A stretch of 64,000 nt of DNA from Candidatus Zhuqueibacterota bacterium (GTDB taxonomy: Bacteria; Zhuqueibacterota; Zhuqueibacteria; JANLFK01; Oleimicrobiaceae), in contig JANLFK010000002.1 of the NCBI GenBank assembly GCA_024655945.1, positions 242,610 to 306,609 on the forward strand, read 5' to 3'. Below, piece after piece: positions 36,471 to 46,765 of this stretch. Position 1 is the stretch's first letter. Each line of letters begins with the position of its first letter. The notes under the pieces are model-generated. The model worked only from the letters and a program-made list of their open reading frames with translations. It was not told where the DNA came from and did no database searches. Both the position numbers and the translations under genes were made by a program.

Positions 36471-37559
36471 TCACCCTTGCGCCTTGACGCCCTGCTTCTG
36501 CCTTTGCCGCTGCATGGCCAGATACTCTTCAAACCGCGTCCAGAACGGATCAACCCTCGGGTGAAGCAGCGGTCGCCCCACACCCGCCTCGACGATGGTC
36601 AACCCTTCTTCGGCAGGCAAGACCTCGCCGACAAGGGAGCTGACAATCCCCGCGCTCTGCAGCGCCTGAACGATTGCCTCGGCGCGCTCCTTGCGCACTA
36701 TCGCGATAAGCGTGCCTTCGCTGATGGCCTTGTATGGGTCGATGTCGAAGACGGCGCACGTCTTGCGTACAATCTCCTGGAGGACGATGCGCTCCTTGTT
36801 GACCCGCACGCCATAGTTCCCGGCCATGGCCATTTCGAACAGGCCGCCGAGCACGCCGCACTCGGTGGCATCGTGCATGGCCACCACGCCGTCAGTCTCC
36901 GCGGCAATGCGCGCGTCTTTGACCACCGACATTTGGTAGAAGACGTCCTGTGCCTGGCGCACAGCGGCCGCGCCCAGTTCCTTCTCGATGAACTCCGGGA
37001 ACTGCACTGCCATGAGGCCGGTGGTCTCCACTGCCGGCCCTTTGGTGATGAGCACCAAGTCGCCAGGCCGCACGTTGCGGGGATCGGCCAATTGCTCCGG
37101 GCGCCCCACGCCGAACATGGTGGCGCCACCCACCATCGGGTAGGAGCAACCGGCATAGCGGGCGGTGTGGCCGCCGACAATGGCGATGCCCAGCTTGGCG
37201 GCCTCGGAGTGGATGGTGTCCCAAATGATTTCCAGTACGTCTTCATTCATCTCTGGCGGCAGGTTGAGGTCGATGGTGAGGTGCGAAGGAGGGATGCCGC
37301 TCACGGCCACGTCGCTGGCCAAGATGTGCAGGGCAAACCAGGCAGCGCGCTCCCAGCCGAGCGAGGGTTGGATGAAGACCGGGTCGGAGGAGAACACCAG
37401 CACGTGTTCCCCGACGCGCAGGGCTCCAAAATCCACGCCATGGCGTGGGCCCAGCAGGACGTTGGGGTCCTTGGCACCCAACCGGGGAAAGATCACCTTG
37501 TCGAAAAAGTCGAAATCAATCTTGCCAAGAGGTGGCAAAAGGGGCCTACTCCTCTCCAT
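36471..37559 (-). CDS. AIR-synthase-related (PurM/HypE-like) protein
   Basis: PurM-like N- and C-domains. Start [19 protein letters not shown] with an AAGGGAGAG RBS. Confidence 0.7.
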   Translation of the reverse strand: MERSRPLLPPLGKIDFDFFDKVIFPRLGAKDPNVLLGPRHGVDFGALRVGEHVLVFSSDPVFIQPSLGWERAAWFALHILASDVAVSGIPPSHLTIDLNLPPEMNEDVLEIIWDTIHSEAAKLGIAIVGGHTARYAGCSYPMVGGATMFGVGRPEQLADPRNVRPGDLVLITKGPAVETTGLMAVQFPEFIEKELGAAAVRQAQDVFYQMSVVKDARIAAETDGVVAMHDATECGVLGGLFEMAMAGNYGVRVNKERIVLQEIVRKTCAVFDIDPYKAISEGTLIAIVRKERAEAIVQALQSAGIVSSLVGEVLPAEEGLTIVEAGVGRPLLHPRVDPFWTRFEEYLAMQRQRQKQGVKAQG

Positions 37560-38052
37560 GCGCCATACTCTCCCTTCCTTTTCGCTCCGCCTCGGCCCGG
37601 AGACGGCGTCGTTCCCCGGCTTCCGTCCAGCGCCGGCGTTCCTCCTCAGTCTCGAGGGCCACGTCCGCAACCCTTATCGGACGCCCATCCTCGCCCAACG
37701 CCACAAAAGTCAGGTACCCAGAACATGCGTGGTACGCAGCCTTGGCGTAGGTATCTTCCGCCCACACCTTGACGCCCACCTCCATGGAACTGCCAAACAC
37801 CCGGTTCACCTTCGCCTTACATACCACGACTTGTCCCACTCTGATTGGTTTCAAAAAGCGGACCTCCTGTACCGCCACCGTGGCTACGCGCGTGCCGGTG
37901 TGACGCCTGGCGGCGATGGTAGCCACCATGTCCATGATCTGCAGAATCCTGCCCCCGAACACGCTGCCGATGCTATTGGCGTCTGCTGGCAGGGCCAGCA
38001 GGACCGTCTCGGCTTCACCGGATCTGATGCCGGCGGCGCGTTCCGGTTTCAT
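37546..38052 (-). CDS. Hotdog-fold acyl-CoA thioesterase (YciA-like)
   Basis: ...[22 protein letters not shown]... 4-nt overlap with lipA upstream. Confidence 0.7.
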   Translation of the reverse strand: MKPERAAGIRSGEAETVLLALPADANSIGSVFGGRILQIMDMVATIAARRHTGTRVATVAVQEVRFLKPIRVGQVVVCKAKVNRVFGSSMEVGVKVWAEDTYAKAAYHACSGYLTFVALGEDGRPIRVADVALETEEERRRWTEAGERRRLRAEAERKGRESMAHGEE

Positions 38053-38915
38053 GACAGCACCCCTGCCTGTCGGGCGGCATGGTACGAACTGCGCACCAAT
38101 GGGCCCGCTTCCACGTGAGCAAAGCCCATGGCCAGTCCTGCGGCGCGCAGTTGCTCGAATTCCTGTGGTGGGACAAAGCGGTCCACCGGCAGATGTTGGG
38201 CGCTCGGCTGCAAATACTGGCCGGTCGTCAAAATGCTGCACCCCGCGCCACGGAGGTCAGCCATGGTTGCCAGCACCTCCTCGCTGCTCTCGCCCAGTCC
38301 CACCATCAGGCCGGACTTGGTCACGACGCCTGCCTGGGCGGCCTGGGCCAGCAGGCCGAGGGAACGTCGGTAATCCGCCTGTGGACGAACCAAGGGATAA
38401 AGCCGGGGCACCGTCTCGACGTTGTGGTTCAACACGTGCGGCGCCGCGGCCAGCACCTCGGCGAGGGCCTCCTGCGAACCGGCGAAATCGGGAACCAGCA
38501 CCTCCACCTTGCAGTCGGGTCGCCGCGCGCGCACCGCCCTGATGGTGGCGGCGAAATGGCTCGCTCCGCCATCTGGCAGGTCGTCGCGGGTCACCGAGGT
38601 GATGACCGTATAGTCGAGGGCAAGAAGTGCCACCGCCTCTGCCACGCGGCGCGGCTCGTCGCCATCCAGGGGGAGCGGTGCACCATGGTCTACGGCGCAG
38701 AAGCCACAAGCGCGGGTGCATACGTTCCCCATGATCATGAAAGTGGCCGTGCGCTGCGCCCAACACTCGCCGATGTTCGGGCAGCGGGCGCTCTGGCAGA
38801 CGGTGTGCAACCGGTGCTTTGCCACCAAGGCGCGCACGGCGCAGAACCCTTCCCCGCTGGGAAGCCTCACCTTCAGCCACCCGGGGCGCCTTCTCTGTTG
38901 TCCAACACGACCCAT
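38049..38915 (-). CDS. lipA: Lipoyl synthase
   Basis: ...[13 protein letters not shown]... auxiliary cluster and ...[10 protein letters not shown]... radical SAM motif. Confidence 0.9.
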   Translation of the reverse strand: MGRVGQQRRRPGWLKVRLPSGEGFCAVRALVAKHRLHTVCQSARCPNIGECWAQRTATFMIMGNVCTRACGFCAVDHGAPLPLDGDEPRRVAEAVALLALDYTVITSVTRDDLPDGGASHFAATIRAVRARRPDCKVEVLVPDFAGSQEALAEVLAAAPHVLNHNVETVPRLYPLVRPQADYRRSLGLLAQAAQAGVVTKSGLMVGLGESSEEVLATMADLRGAGCSILTTGQYLQPSAQHLPVDRFVPPQEFEQLRAAGLAMGFAHVEAGPLVRSSYHAARQAGVLS

Positions 38916-38937
38916 GCTGAGCTGCACCGTCCTCGTG

Positions 38938-39612
38938 CTATTCCGCCGCCTGATGCGACGGGAGATAGTACTTGCGAAACGCCTCGTAGGACCATGGCAT
39001 CTTCTCTGCAAAGATGCGCATGATGGCCTCGGCGTAGGCGCGAATTTCCTCTTGAGCGTGGCGCTCCGCCCGCAGGATGAGAAAGTTCATGAGCGAGCGG
39101 GCGTTTACCGTCCAGTAAAACTGCGTGTAAAGGGCCAAGGGCAAGACAATGCGGGCATGCTCCTTGGCCACACCTTGCGCGAGCAGCCTCTGGTAGAGGG
39201 CATAGCTCCGCTGGTAGTGCTCCACCATCTCCTGCCGCAGCGGCCGGTTGGCCTCTTCTGGCAAGAGCTCGAACTGATAGTCGAGACCTCTCTCCTTGCG
39301 CAGCCGTTCGGGGACGTAGAACTCGTGCTCAAGGCGCGTGTAGCGGCCGGAGATCTCGTTGTAGCTGGCCATTCGGTGACGGAACCATTGCCTGGCCACG
39401 AAGATGGGGCACTTGATGTGAAAGGTGAAGACACTGTGCTCGAACGGCGTCTCGTGGCGGTGGCTGAGGAGATAGTCGATGAGCTGACGGTCCTTGAGCT
39501 CACCTTTGCTCTCTTGCCCCACGGAGACGCGCGCTGCCCGCACCACCGCCTGGTCGCCACCCATAAAGTCCACCAGGCGCACAAAACCATGATCCAGGAC
39601 CGCCTGCACCAT
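38938..39612 (-). CDS. thyX: FAD-dependent thymidylate synthase
   Basis: ...[14 protein letters not shown]... ThyX RHR motif. Confidence 0.88.
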   Translation of the reverse strand: MVQAVLDHGFVRLVDFMGGDQAVVRAARVSVGQESKGELKDRQLIDYLLSHRHETPFEHSVFTFHIKCPIFVARQWFRHRMASYNEISGRYTRLEHEFYVPERLRKERGLDYQFELLPEEANRPLRQEMVEHYQRSYALYQRLLAQGVAKEHARIVLPLALYTQFYWTVNARSLMNFLILRAERHAQEEIRAYAEAIMRIFAEKMPWSYEAFRKYYLPSHQAAE

Positions 39613-39943
39613 CGTCCCTGCCGGGGCGACTTCTCCGGGTTTTCTTTCTTGGTCCGTCACGCAGCACTCCTCCGCCGTGCAGCGCCCCTTCGTGGGCCAA
39701 AGAGTCCACAGGAGGTAAGGGTAGACTTCTTGGCCAATCTCTGGCCCCAGTGAAGAGCGCATCCCCAAGGATGGAAGGCAACCTCCCCCGCCGAACGCGA
39801 CGCAGTTACCCGCCGCAGCTCCTCACGGTGACCATGCGGGACCACCGACCAGGCAGAGCAAAAGGCAAGGTGCGCACTGCCTTCGCCATCGGCCGCCACC
39901 CTTGGCAAGAGACTGTGCAACGACGACACTCCCATTCCTGGTC

Positions 39944-40405
39944 TCAGCCCACGCTTGCTCTGTCAAGCAGTTCGAGATACGGCTGGTACTCCAGGCCCGA
40001 GCGCACTAAGTAGGTGGTGAGCAGAATCTTCACCGATTGCTGCAACTGGCTCGCATCCCACGGTTTTTCCACATAGCGGTCGATGTGCGCCTCGTTGATG
40101 GCGTAGATGGTGTCCTCGTGCGTGGCCAAACCGGTGAGAAGCATTTTCTTCGTGTTGGGAAAGCGGCCGGCCTGGGTTAACTCTGCCAGCAGGTCGATGC
40201 CGTTCTTGCCGGGCATGATGTGGTCGCAGATGATCAAAGCGAGGTGGTCGCCCCGTCGTTCCATCTCCGCCAGCACCTCCTCGGCTTCGGCGGCCGATTC
40301 GCATTCAACGATGGCACACACCGAGGTAAGCGGCTCCAGGTCCTTGCGCAAGGCAGCCAACACCTCACGCTGATCGTCAACGCATAGCACCTTTAGCTTC
40401 TCCAT
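39944..40405 (-). CDS. Single-domain response regulator (CheY-like receiver)
   Basis: MEKLKVLCVDDQREVL... with phospho-accepting Asp in ...LIICDHIMPG... and the conserved Lys region. Confidence 0.85.
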   Translation of the reverse strand: MEKLKVLCVDDQREVLAALRKDLEPLTSVCAIVECESAAEAEEVLAEMERRGDHLALIICDHIMPGKNGIDLLAELTQAGRFPNTKKMLLTGLATHEDTIYAINEAHIDRYVEKPWDASQLQQSVKILLTTYLVRSGLEYQPYLELLDRASVG

Positions 40406-41783
40406 AGCCTCCTCTGATCGGTAACGTCACGGTGAACACGGTCCTGCCAGGGCGCGATTGCACGCTCACGCGACCGCCATAGTTGGTGACGATGCGTTCC
40501 ACGATGGTCAGCCCCAATCCCAAACCGAAATCCAAGCCCTGTTCCTTTGTCGTGTAGTTGGGCTGAAAGATCTTTGGCAGCACGCGCTTGGGGATGCCCG
40601 GGCCATTGTCCTGGACGGAGACCTGAATCACCTCGTCGGTGGCCCGGCTGGTAATGACCACCTCGCCCTTTTTGCTGCTATCGGTGGCAAGGCTTTCCAC
40701 GGCGTTGCGGATGAGGTTGCTCCACACCTGCACCAATTCGCCCTTGCTGGCGGCGATGGGCGGCACTTCACCCAAGTTGAGTTTCAGGTCCACCTTGCGC
40801 AGAGGGCTGCTGAGCAGGATGAGCGCCTCGCCAATCGACTTGTTCACCTCCAACTCCGGCTCGATGGCGGTCTCTTGCGTGGCTAAGTACTTCACGGACT
40901 TGACCACGTGTGCCGCATGTTGGGCGGCCACCGCCATGTCCCGGAAGGTGGCGCCAAGCTGCCAGTAGTAATGCACCACGTCGCCCACTGCCTGGAGGTG
41001 TCTCCCGAAGCGAGCCAGTTGCTCGGCGGACAGCCCCGTTTCAGCGAGCTTGTGGGCGGTCTCGGGGCTCAGGCCGTAGGCCTGCTCCAATATCTCCGCC
41101 TGCTGCCGCACCTCGCGCGTGGACTGCCAGCGGCCCTTTTCCAGCCCCAGACGAAAGTACTCGAGCTGCTCGGGCGACTGGTCGCGCAGGGCCCGAATCA
41201 AGTTCTCCCGCAGCCATTCGGTGTTCCGCTCCAACACGGCCACTGCGTTGTTCAGCTCGTGGGCGATGCCAGCCGCCATCTGCCCAAGGGAAGCAAGACG
41301 CTCAGTGTGAATCAGGCGGCGCAGGGCCCGTTCCTTTTCCCGGGCAATCTGCAGTTCCCTTTGCTGCCGGTACTTCAGGTCCATGACCACCACCGGCATG
41401 AACTGCTCAAACAGAGAGCTTCCCCTGGACGGATCCTTTACCGGCTGATGCTGGTCGATGTAGGCCACCTCGGCATCGCGCTCCACGATCACCGTGGCCG
41501 AGCTGACGAAGGTGCGCGAAAAGTAGCTGTACACCCCCACGAACTTGTTGCGCGTCGCCCGGAAGAGTTCGTACTGGCCCCCACCAGGGGCCCGCGCACA
41601 GCCGACCAGCACGCCCTTGAGGACCAGGTAGAGGCGATCGTTGTATCCCCCCTGCACCATGAGCCTTTCGCCCTTGCGGAGGCTAAGCCGCCTCGAAGGA
41701 TCAGAAAAGTAGGTGCTGATCAGCCACGATAGATCGGGGCTTTTCGCGTCCAACTTGGTCGTGGTAACTGCCATGGGCCTCAT
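40377..41783 (-). CDS. Sensor histidine kinase with N-terminal cyclic-nucleotide-binding domain (cNMP plus HisKA plus HATPase_c)
   Basis: ...ERLMVQGGYNDRLYLVLKGVL... cNMP-like region. H-box ...AGIAHELNNAV.... G-boxes ...NGPGIP... and ...GLGLGLTIV.... Confidence 0.85.
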   Translation of the reverse strand: MRPMAVTTTKLDAKSPDLSWLISTYFSDPSRRLSLRKGERLMVQGGYNDRLYLVLKGVLVGCARAPGGGQYELFRATRNKFVGVYSYFSRTFVSSATVIVERDAEVAYIDQHQPVKDPSRGSSLFEQFMPVVVMDLKYRQQRELQIAREKERALRRLIHTERLASLGQMAAGIAHELNNAVAVLERNTEWLRENLIRALRDQSPEQLEYFRLGLEKGRWQSTREVRQQAEILEQAYGLSPETAHKLAETGLSAEQLARFGRHLQAVGDVVHYYWQLGATFRDMAVAAQHAAHVVKSVKYLATQETAIEPELEVNKSIGEALILLSSPLRKVDLKLNLGEVPPIAASKGELVQVWSNLIRNAVESLATDSSKKGEVVITSRATDEVIQVSVQDNGPGIPKRVLPKIFQPNYTTKEQGLDFGLGLGLTIVERIVTNYGGRVSVQSRPGRTVFTVTLPIRGGYGEAKGAMR

Positions 41784-42051
41784 CGTGAGCTTGGTCTCCT
41801 GCCCGCACGCAGGGTGCTAATATGCGAAATATTTCTGCAATATTCAAGCGGGAAATGGCAGAGGTCTCGGGTGCAGCAACTGCGAGCAGAACCGCTTGGC
41901 GAGCGCCGGTTGGCCATCTGCCCAAGAACAGGAGATGGCTCACCTGGGGCTGAGTCGCCCCACGGCCGAGATTTCGCTTGCGTTTGAGCCGAGAGGTCGC
42001 TACATTGCCACTGCCGAGCCGTCTGGGTGCACGCACAAGGAGGGAAAGGGT

Positions 42052-42501
42052 ATGTTGCAAGAGTTCAAGAAGTTCATTATGCGTGGCAACGTGGTGGCTA
42101 TGGCGGAAGGGATCGTCGTGGGAGCCGCGTTTGGCACCATCGTCAAGTCCTTTGTCGAGGATATTCTCATGCCACCCATCGGCCTGCTCCTTGGCAAAGT
42201 GGACTTTACCAACTTGTACGTTGTGCTCTGCAAAGGAACCAGTACCAATCCTTACGCCAGCCTTGCGGCGGCAAATCAGGCCGGAGCTGCCACCTTCAAC
42301 TATGGAGTCTTCATTACCACATTGATCAATTTCTTGATAATCGGGTTTGCGCTCTTCCTGGTGGTGAAAGGGGTCAACGCCTTGCGGGCAAAAGAGGAGG
42401 CGCCTCCCCTGGCGCCCACAACCAAGGAGTGCCCGGAATGCCTGTCGGTGATCCCCCTCAAGGCAATGCGTTGTGCACACTGTGGCATCGGGCTCCAGTG
42501 A
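42052..42501 (+). CDS. mscL: Large-conductance mechanosensitive channel MscL with a C-terminal CxxC...CxxC zinc-ribbon extension
   Basis: [31 protein letters not shown]... Strong AAGGAGGG RBS. C-terminus ...[19 protein letters not shown].... Confidence 0.85.
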   Translation: MLQEFKKFIMRGNVVAMAEGIVVGAAFGTIVKSFVEDILMPPIGLLLGKVDFTNLYVVLCKGTSTNPYASLAAANQAGAATFNYGVFITTLINFLIIGFALFLVVKGVNALRAKEEAPPLAPTTKECPECLSVIPLKAMRCAHCGIGLQ

Positions 42502-42579
42502 GAAGTCGTGGCAGATCTCAGGGCAGGCTGCGCCCCGGCTCGGCACCTCCCAGCGCTTCGCCAAAGTGAGCAAGTCAAT

Positions 42580-43323
42580 TCACCCGGCTCGCCACAAGGC
42601 TTCGTACCCCATTGCCACCACTTCGCGCACTACCGGGATGTTGGCCAGCCTGAGGGGCCGCAAGCCAAAGCGGGTGCGGTAGATTGGGCGTACTATGAAA
42701 AGTTCTCTCCTCACCAGCCGGAAACCGGTTGCCCTGCACAGCCGCTCACAGTGAGCGATGCTCAGGCCCAGTCGGCGATTTGTCACGATGCTGTTCACCT
42801 GGTACTCTGCCTCATGCAGGACTCTCCCCAGGGCGCCAACCAGTGGCGCGGGCAGCAAATGAACAAAGGGGACAAAACGGAGCACAGAGCGACCCACTTG
42901 CTGGTGGCCGGCAAAAGCGGAGTACTTCGGGGGAAAGGACACAAAGAGGTAGCCCCCCGCGTTGAGCAGCGCGCGGATGTTGTGCAGCGCCGCGGCTCGC
43001 TCGGCGATGTGTTCGATCACGTCCCGCATCACCACCAGGTCGAAACCGGTACCCACCACCTGGCGGCAGCGCGGGTCGGTGATGTCGCCCACGCACACGT
43101 GCAGGTCTGGGTTCTTGCGCCGGGCAATGGCCACGCGCGCGGGCGAAAGCTCCAGCCCCACTGCCTCTATCCCCTGCTCGTGGAGCACATCGAGGAGCCC
43201 TGCCTCGGCACAACCGACTTCCAAAACGCGCATGCCGGCAAAGCCGGGAAGGTGCTCCCGAAAGTAGGGCAACAGATAGGACTTGGCAAAGGCCTGTTGC
43301 TCTTGAAAGTGCTTCTCCGCCAT
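42580..43323 (-). CDS. Class I SAM-dependent methyltransferase
   Basis: ...VLEVGCAEAG... motif I and ...FDLVVMRDVIEH.... Confidence 0.8.
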   Translation of the reverse strand: MAEKHFQEQQAFAKSYLLPYFREHLPGFAGMRVLEVGCAEAGLLDVLHEQGIEAVGLELSPARVAIARRKNPDLHVCVGDITDPRCRQVVGTGFDLVVMRDVIEHIAERAAALHNIRALLNAGGYLFVSFPPKYSAFAGHQQVGRSVLRFVPFVHLLPAPLVGALGRVLHEAEYQVNSIVTNRRLGLSIAHCERLCRATGFRLVRRELFIVRPIYRTRFGLRPLRLANIPVVREVVAMGYEALWRAG

Positions 43324-43347
43324 TCGTGAACCTTAGGTTACCCGCTG

Positions 43348-44763
43348 CTATCTTGCCGGGTAGAGGTAGTTCTCCGCCACTTTGATGCGTTTCACCGCGC
43401 CGGTGCGGTCGACTTCGAACACCACAGGCTCTCCGTCACTGCTGCGCCGGAATCTGTCCTTTCCCACTGGCTGGAGTTCCACCAAAGCCTCTGCAGGATC
43501 GTCTTCCGGCGGATAGCTGTACCCGTAGAGGTAGAGCCGCCCGTCGAGAATGAGCACGTCGGTCCGCCAATGGGTGGGGTCCTGGTAACTGCCCACAAAG
43601 CGCACCCAGGTGGAGTCGAAAGCTGGCGGGGCCGGAGGAGCTTCCTCAGCCGCCAGGGCCGGTGCCACCACCTCCAGCGCCTTGGTGGCGATGGCGCCAG
43701 GGTCAAAGTCTTCGGTGTTGATGAAGACAATCGCCGCTAACTTCTCCTCCGGGGAGAAAATGACCTGCGAGCGGAAGCCGGCCACCCACCCAGCGTGGCC
43801 GACCAACGTCCTGGATCCGGCACGCCGCACGCTGCAGCCGAGGCCATAGCCGCTCTGCCAATCGGGACGCAGCCAGTGCACACGATGCATCTCCCGCAAC
43901 GTGCTCCCCTTGACCACTGCAGAAGGCGACAAGTCGTCGTACCTGAACTGCAAGGAACAAAAACGTGCCATGTCCTCGATGTTGGTGGCGAGGTTCGCGG
44001 CCGCCGTGAGCCCACGCGAATCGGTGAATGGGGCAACCTCCCGTTGCCGCCCTTCCATGTGGCGCAGGTAGCCGGTGGCCAAACCTGTGGTGGTGGCCGC
44101 CACTTCCACGCGCGTCGCCCGCATGTCCAACGGGCGCAGAATGTGTTCCTCCACGTACTCGGCATAGCTTGTGCCGCTTGCCGCGGCGACTACCTCGCCA
44201 AGAAGCGCCATCCCCAAGTTCGAATATTTCCAGCGGCTCTCCGGCTGATAGACCATCTCCTGGTTAGGCAAGGCAGCCATCACCTGCTCCCTAGTCGGAA
44301 AGACGTGGTCGGTCCAGTATGGGAAGGCTGCCTCCCGGGGAAGCCCAGAGGTGTGGGTGAGGAGCTGGCGAATGGTCACCGGTGGCCATCCTGGCTGCTG
44401 GCCCTGAATGGCAAACCACGGCAGATGCTTTTGCACCGGATCATCGAGGGCGAGTTTCCCTGCGTCGCGTAGTTGCATAATGGCCGTGGCGGTGAACAAC
44501 TTGGTGATTGAGGCAACGCGGAACAGCGTCCGTGGGGTAACCGGTGCTTTCGTGCCGAGATCGGCGTAGCCGAACCCCTTGGCGTAGATCAACTCCTGGT
44601 CGTGCACGATTCCCACCGCCACGCCGGGCAAGTGGTAGTACTCGCTGAGCTCCTGGACCCACTTCTGAAGAAGAGTCAGCTTCGCATCAACACTCCCCTC
44701 CTTTGCCGTCTGCGGGAAGGCGGTTGCGGCACAGAGCAGTGCCAGGAGGATGAATCTCTTCAT
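43348..44763 (-). CDS. Secreted serine hydrolase of the beta-lactamase / PBP superfamily
   Basis: Signal peptide MKRFILLALLCAATAF. SxxK motif ...ASITKLF.... GGAGG RBS. Confidence 0.85.
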   Translation of the reverse strand: MKRFILLALLCAATAFPQTAKEGSVDAKLTLLQKWVQELSEYYHLPGVAVGIVHDQELIYAKGFGYADLGTKAPVTPRTLFRVASITKLFTATAIMQLRDAGKLALDDPVQKHLPWFAIQGQQPGWPPVTIRQLLTHTSGLPREAAFPYWTDHVFPTREQVMAALPNQEMVYQPESRWKYSNLGMALLGEVVAAASGTSYAEYVEEHILRPLDMRATRVEVAATTTGLATGYLRHMEGRQREVAPFTDSRGLTAAANLATNIEDMARFCSLQFRYDDLSPSAVVKGSTLREMHRVHWLRPDWQSGYGLGCSVRRAGSRTLVGHAGWVAGFRSQVIFSPEEKLAAIVFINTEDFDPGAIATKALEVVAPALAAEEAPPAPPAFDSTWVRFVGSYQDPTHWRTDVLILDGRLYLYGYSYPPEDDPAEALVELQPVGKDRFRRSSDGEPVVFEVDRTGAVKRIKVAENYLYPAR

Positions 44764-44786
44764 GTTTGGCCTCCGTTCCCAAGTTT

Positions 44787-45737
44787 TCATCGCATGCCTG
44801 CGGCAGGGACCACCACACGCGCCGTCACGGGAAAATGGTCCGAGGGGTAGCGGCCACCGGCATTGGTGTAATCGATATGCGCGCCTCTGACCTTGACGCT
44901 CGGAGCAGCAAAGATGTAGTCGATCTTGGCACCGCTGCGGTCACCCGTGAAGCCGTGGAAGGTGCCAATGGCCGAAGTGTCTGCGTGGATAGCAGAGTAG
45001 GTATCGACCAACGGCAGCGGGTTGTTGGCTACCTTCCCATCACCAAGGGCAAGTTTCGCGCTGCCCTTCAGGAAGGCGACTACCGGATTGCGCGGGCCAG
45101 CATTGAGGTCGCCCATCACGAACACCGGTGCGGTTGAGCTACGCGTGCCGATTCTCTCTGCGAGAAGCTGTACACTGCGCTCGCGAGACCTCTGCGAGAC
45201 ATGATCGAGGTGGAGGTTGAAGACGTAGAAGGCCACACCTTTCCCCGGGTGGCGCAGGCGCGCCCAGGTGCAGATGCGCGGAAGCTCGTTGCCCCAGCTC
45301 GTGGAGCCAGGCACCTCCGGGGTATCGGAGAACCAAAAGGCTCCGCTCTCTTCGACAGCGAAGCGGTCCTTTCTGTAAAGGAGGGCTGCGTATTCGCCCG
45401 CCTCCGCCCCGTCGTCGCGCCCCACGCCCACATAGCCGTAGCGCGGCAGAGCCTGGCAGATCTCTTGGAGTTGGAAATGCAAGGCCTCTTGCAGCCCAAC
45501 CACATCGGCGTCATTCTTCTCCAGCACTTGGAACACCAGCTCGCGCCGGTGCGACCAGCTGTTTGGCCCATCCTCTGCAGTGCCGTAGCGGATGTTGAAC
45601 GTCATCAAGTTCAGCTCCAGCCCAGCCAGGCGTCGCCCAAGACCCAACAGCCCACACCCAGAACAAGCGAGCATGACGGCGATGGCCAGGGCTCTGTGCA
45701 CCTTCAGCCCACGATCCTGAAGAGAACGAAGTAGCAT
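44787..45737 (-). CDS. Endonuclease/exonuclease/phosphatase (EEP) family lipoprotein
   Basis: Lipobox ...MLACSGC.... EEP motifs ...NLMTFNIR..., ...GDLNAGP..., ...SDHFPV.... GGAGG RBS. Confidence 0.8.
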   Translation of the reverse strand: MLLRSLQDRGLKVHRALAIAVMLACSGCGLLGLGRRLAGLELNLMTFNIRYGTAEDGPNSWSHRRELVFQVLEKNDADVVGLQEALHFQLQEICQALPRYGYVGVGRDDGAEAGEYAALLYRKDRFAVEESGAFWFSDTPEVPGSTSWGNELPRICTWARLRHPGKGVAFYVFNLHLDHVSQRSRERSVQLLAERIGTRSSTAPVFVMGDLNAGPRNPVVAFLKGSAKLALGDGKVANNPLPLVDTYSAIHADTSAIGTFHGFTGDRSGAKIDYIFAAPSVKVRGAHIDYTNAGGRYPSDHFPVTARVVVPAAGMR

Positions 45738-45780
45738 GAGGAGGCACCCCTTTGGTCTCTGCCAGCCTTTGCCTCGCCAA

Positions 45781-46743
45781 TCAGAGCGAGGCGACGTACT
45801 CCCGGAGACGGAGCACCTTTTCCGGCTCTGCCTCGTAAGGAAGCACCCCGGTACCAATGCACGCCCGCGGATGCCGCATGGCCAGTTGCGCGACGCGATC
45901 AGCCTCCCGGAAGATTGCCGCCTCATCGCCATGGACCAAGACCCAAGGGTCCATGTTGATACGCACGGTCACGTCCGAGTAGGTCTGGGCGACCTTCATG
46001 AAAGCCTGTTGGTCCGTTTCGGACGGGCAGATGACGTAGCCGGCGCCGGTGCGGAAGAGCATGTCAGCCACCGGCGCAGTGTCGCCGCCCACAATGCATG
46101 GTGCTGGCCGACCGAGCAGTTCCGCGGCAGCTTGCACCAAGAGGGCAAGTGCGGGAAACTCCACCTCTTCGAACAGGCGCGGCGAAAGGAGCGGCGGCGT
46201 GGCTGCCGATTCGAAGATGGTCACTCCGAGGCCGCACGCCCGCGCAGCCGCACAAAATCGACGCTGCCCCGCCACCAGATGCAGGAGCGCCCGCTTCACG
46301 GTGTCTGGATCGCTGAGGAGTTCGCAGAGGAGCGTCTCGAAGCCCACCAGATTGCTGGCCAACGAGAAGGGCCCGCTGACCGGGATGTTCACTGTGGCCG
46401 CTGGAAACGCCTGGCGCAAGCGTTGCCCAACCTCCAACACCATCGGGATACGCCCGGCGCGCGAAGGGTCCAGCGTGGGCAAGTCCAGGATGGCCCTCAC
46501 TTCAGCGCAAGGATGGCCGGTGACGGCAGGAAGCCCTTGCTCTTCCGGTTGCGCGACCACGGCGCCATAGGCCTCTGGCTCCAAGTTGTACACATCGATT
46601 CCCACCACAACCGGCGTGTGCCTGTAGAGGCGGAAGGCGGCGGCATGGGCCTGGAACAGCAACTCGGCGCTGCGGGAGGCCTCCCACGGCGTCCTGCCAA
46701 TGAGCCGCGCGGCATGCTCGTATACAGCTGGGGCGAAATCCAT
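45781..46743 (-). CDS. Uroporphyrinogen-decarboxylase-family (URO-D/MtaA-like) protein
   Basis: Trimmed to MDFAPAVYEHAARLIG to clear the HIT gene. Family assignment is by general resemblance only. Confidence 0.6.
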   Translation of the reverse strand: MDFAPAVYEHAARLIGRTPWEASRSAELLFQAHAAAFRLYRHTPVVVGIDVYNLEPEAYGAVVAQPEEQGLPAVTGHPCAEVRAILDLPTLDPSRAGRIPMVLEVGQRLRQAFPAATVNIPVSGPFSLASNLVGFETLLCELLSDPDTVKRALLHLVAGQRRFCAAARACGLGVTIFESAATPPLLSPRLFEEVEFPALALLVQAAAELLGRPAPCIVGGDTAPVADMLFRTGAGYVICPSETDQQAFMKVAQTYSDVTVRINMDPWVLVHGDEAAIFREADRVAQLAMRHPRACIGTGVLPYEAEPEKVLRLREYVASL

Positions 46744-46765
46744 GGCGCAGACTCTTCGCATTCTG

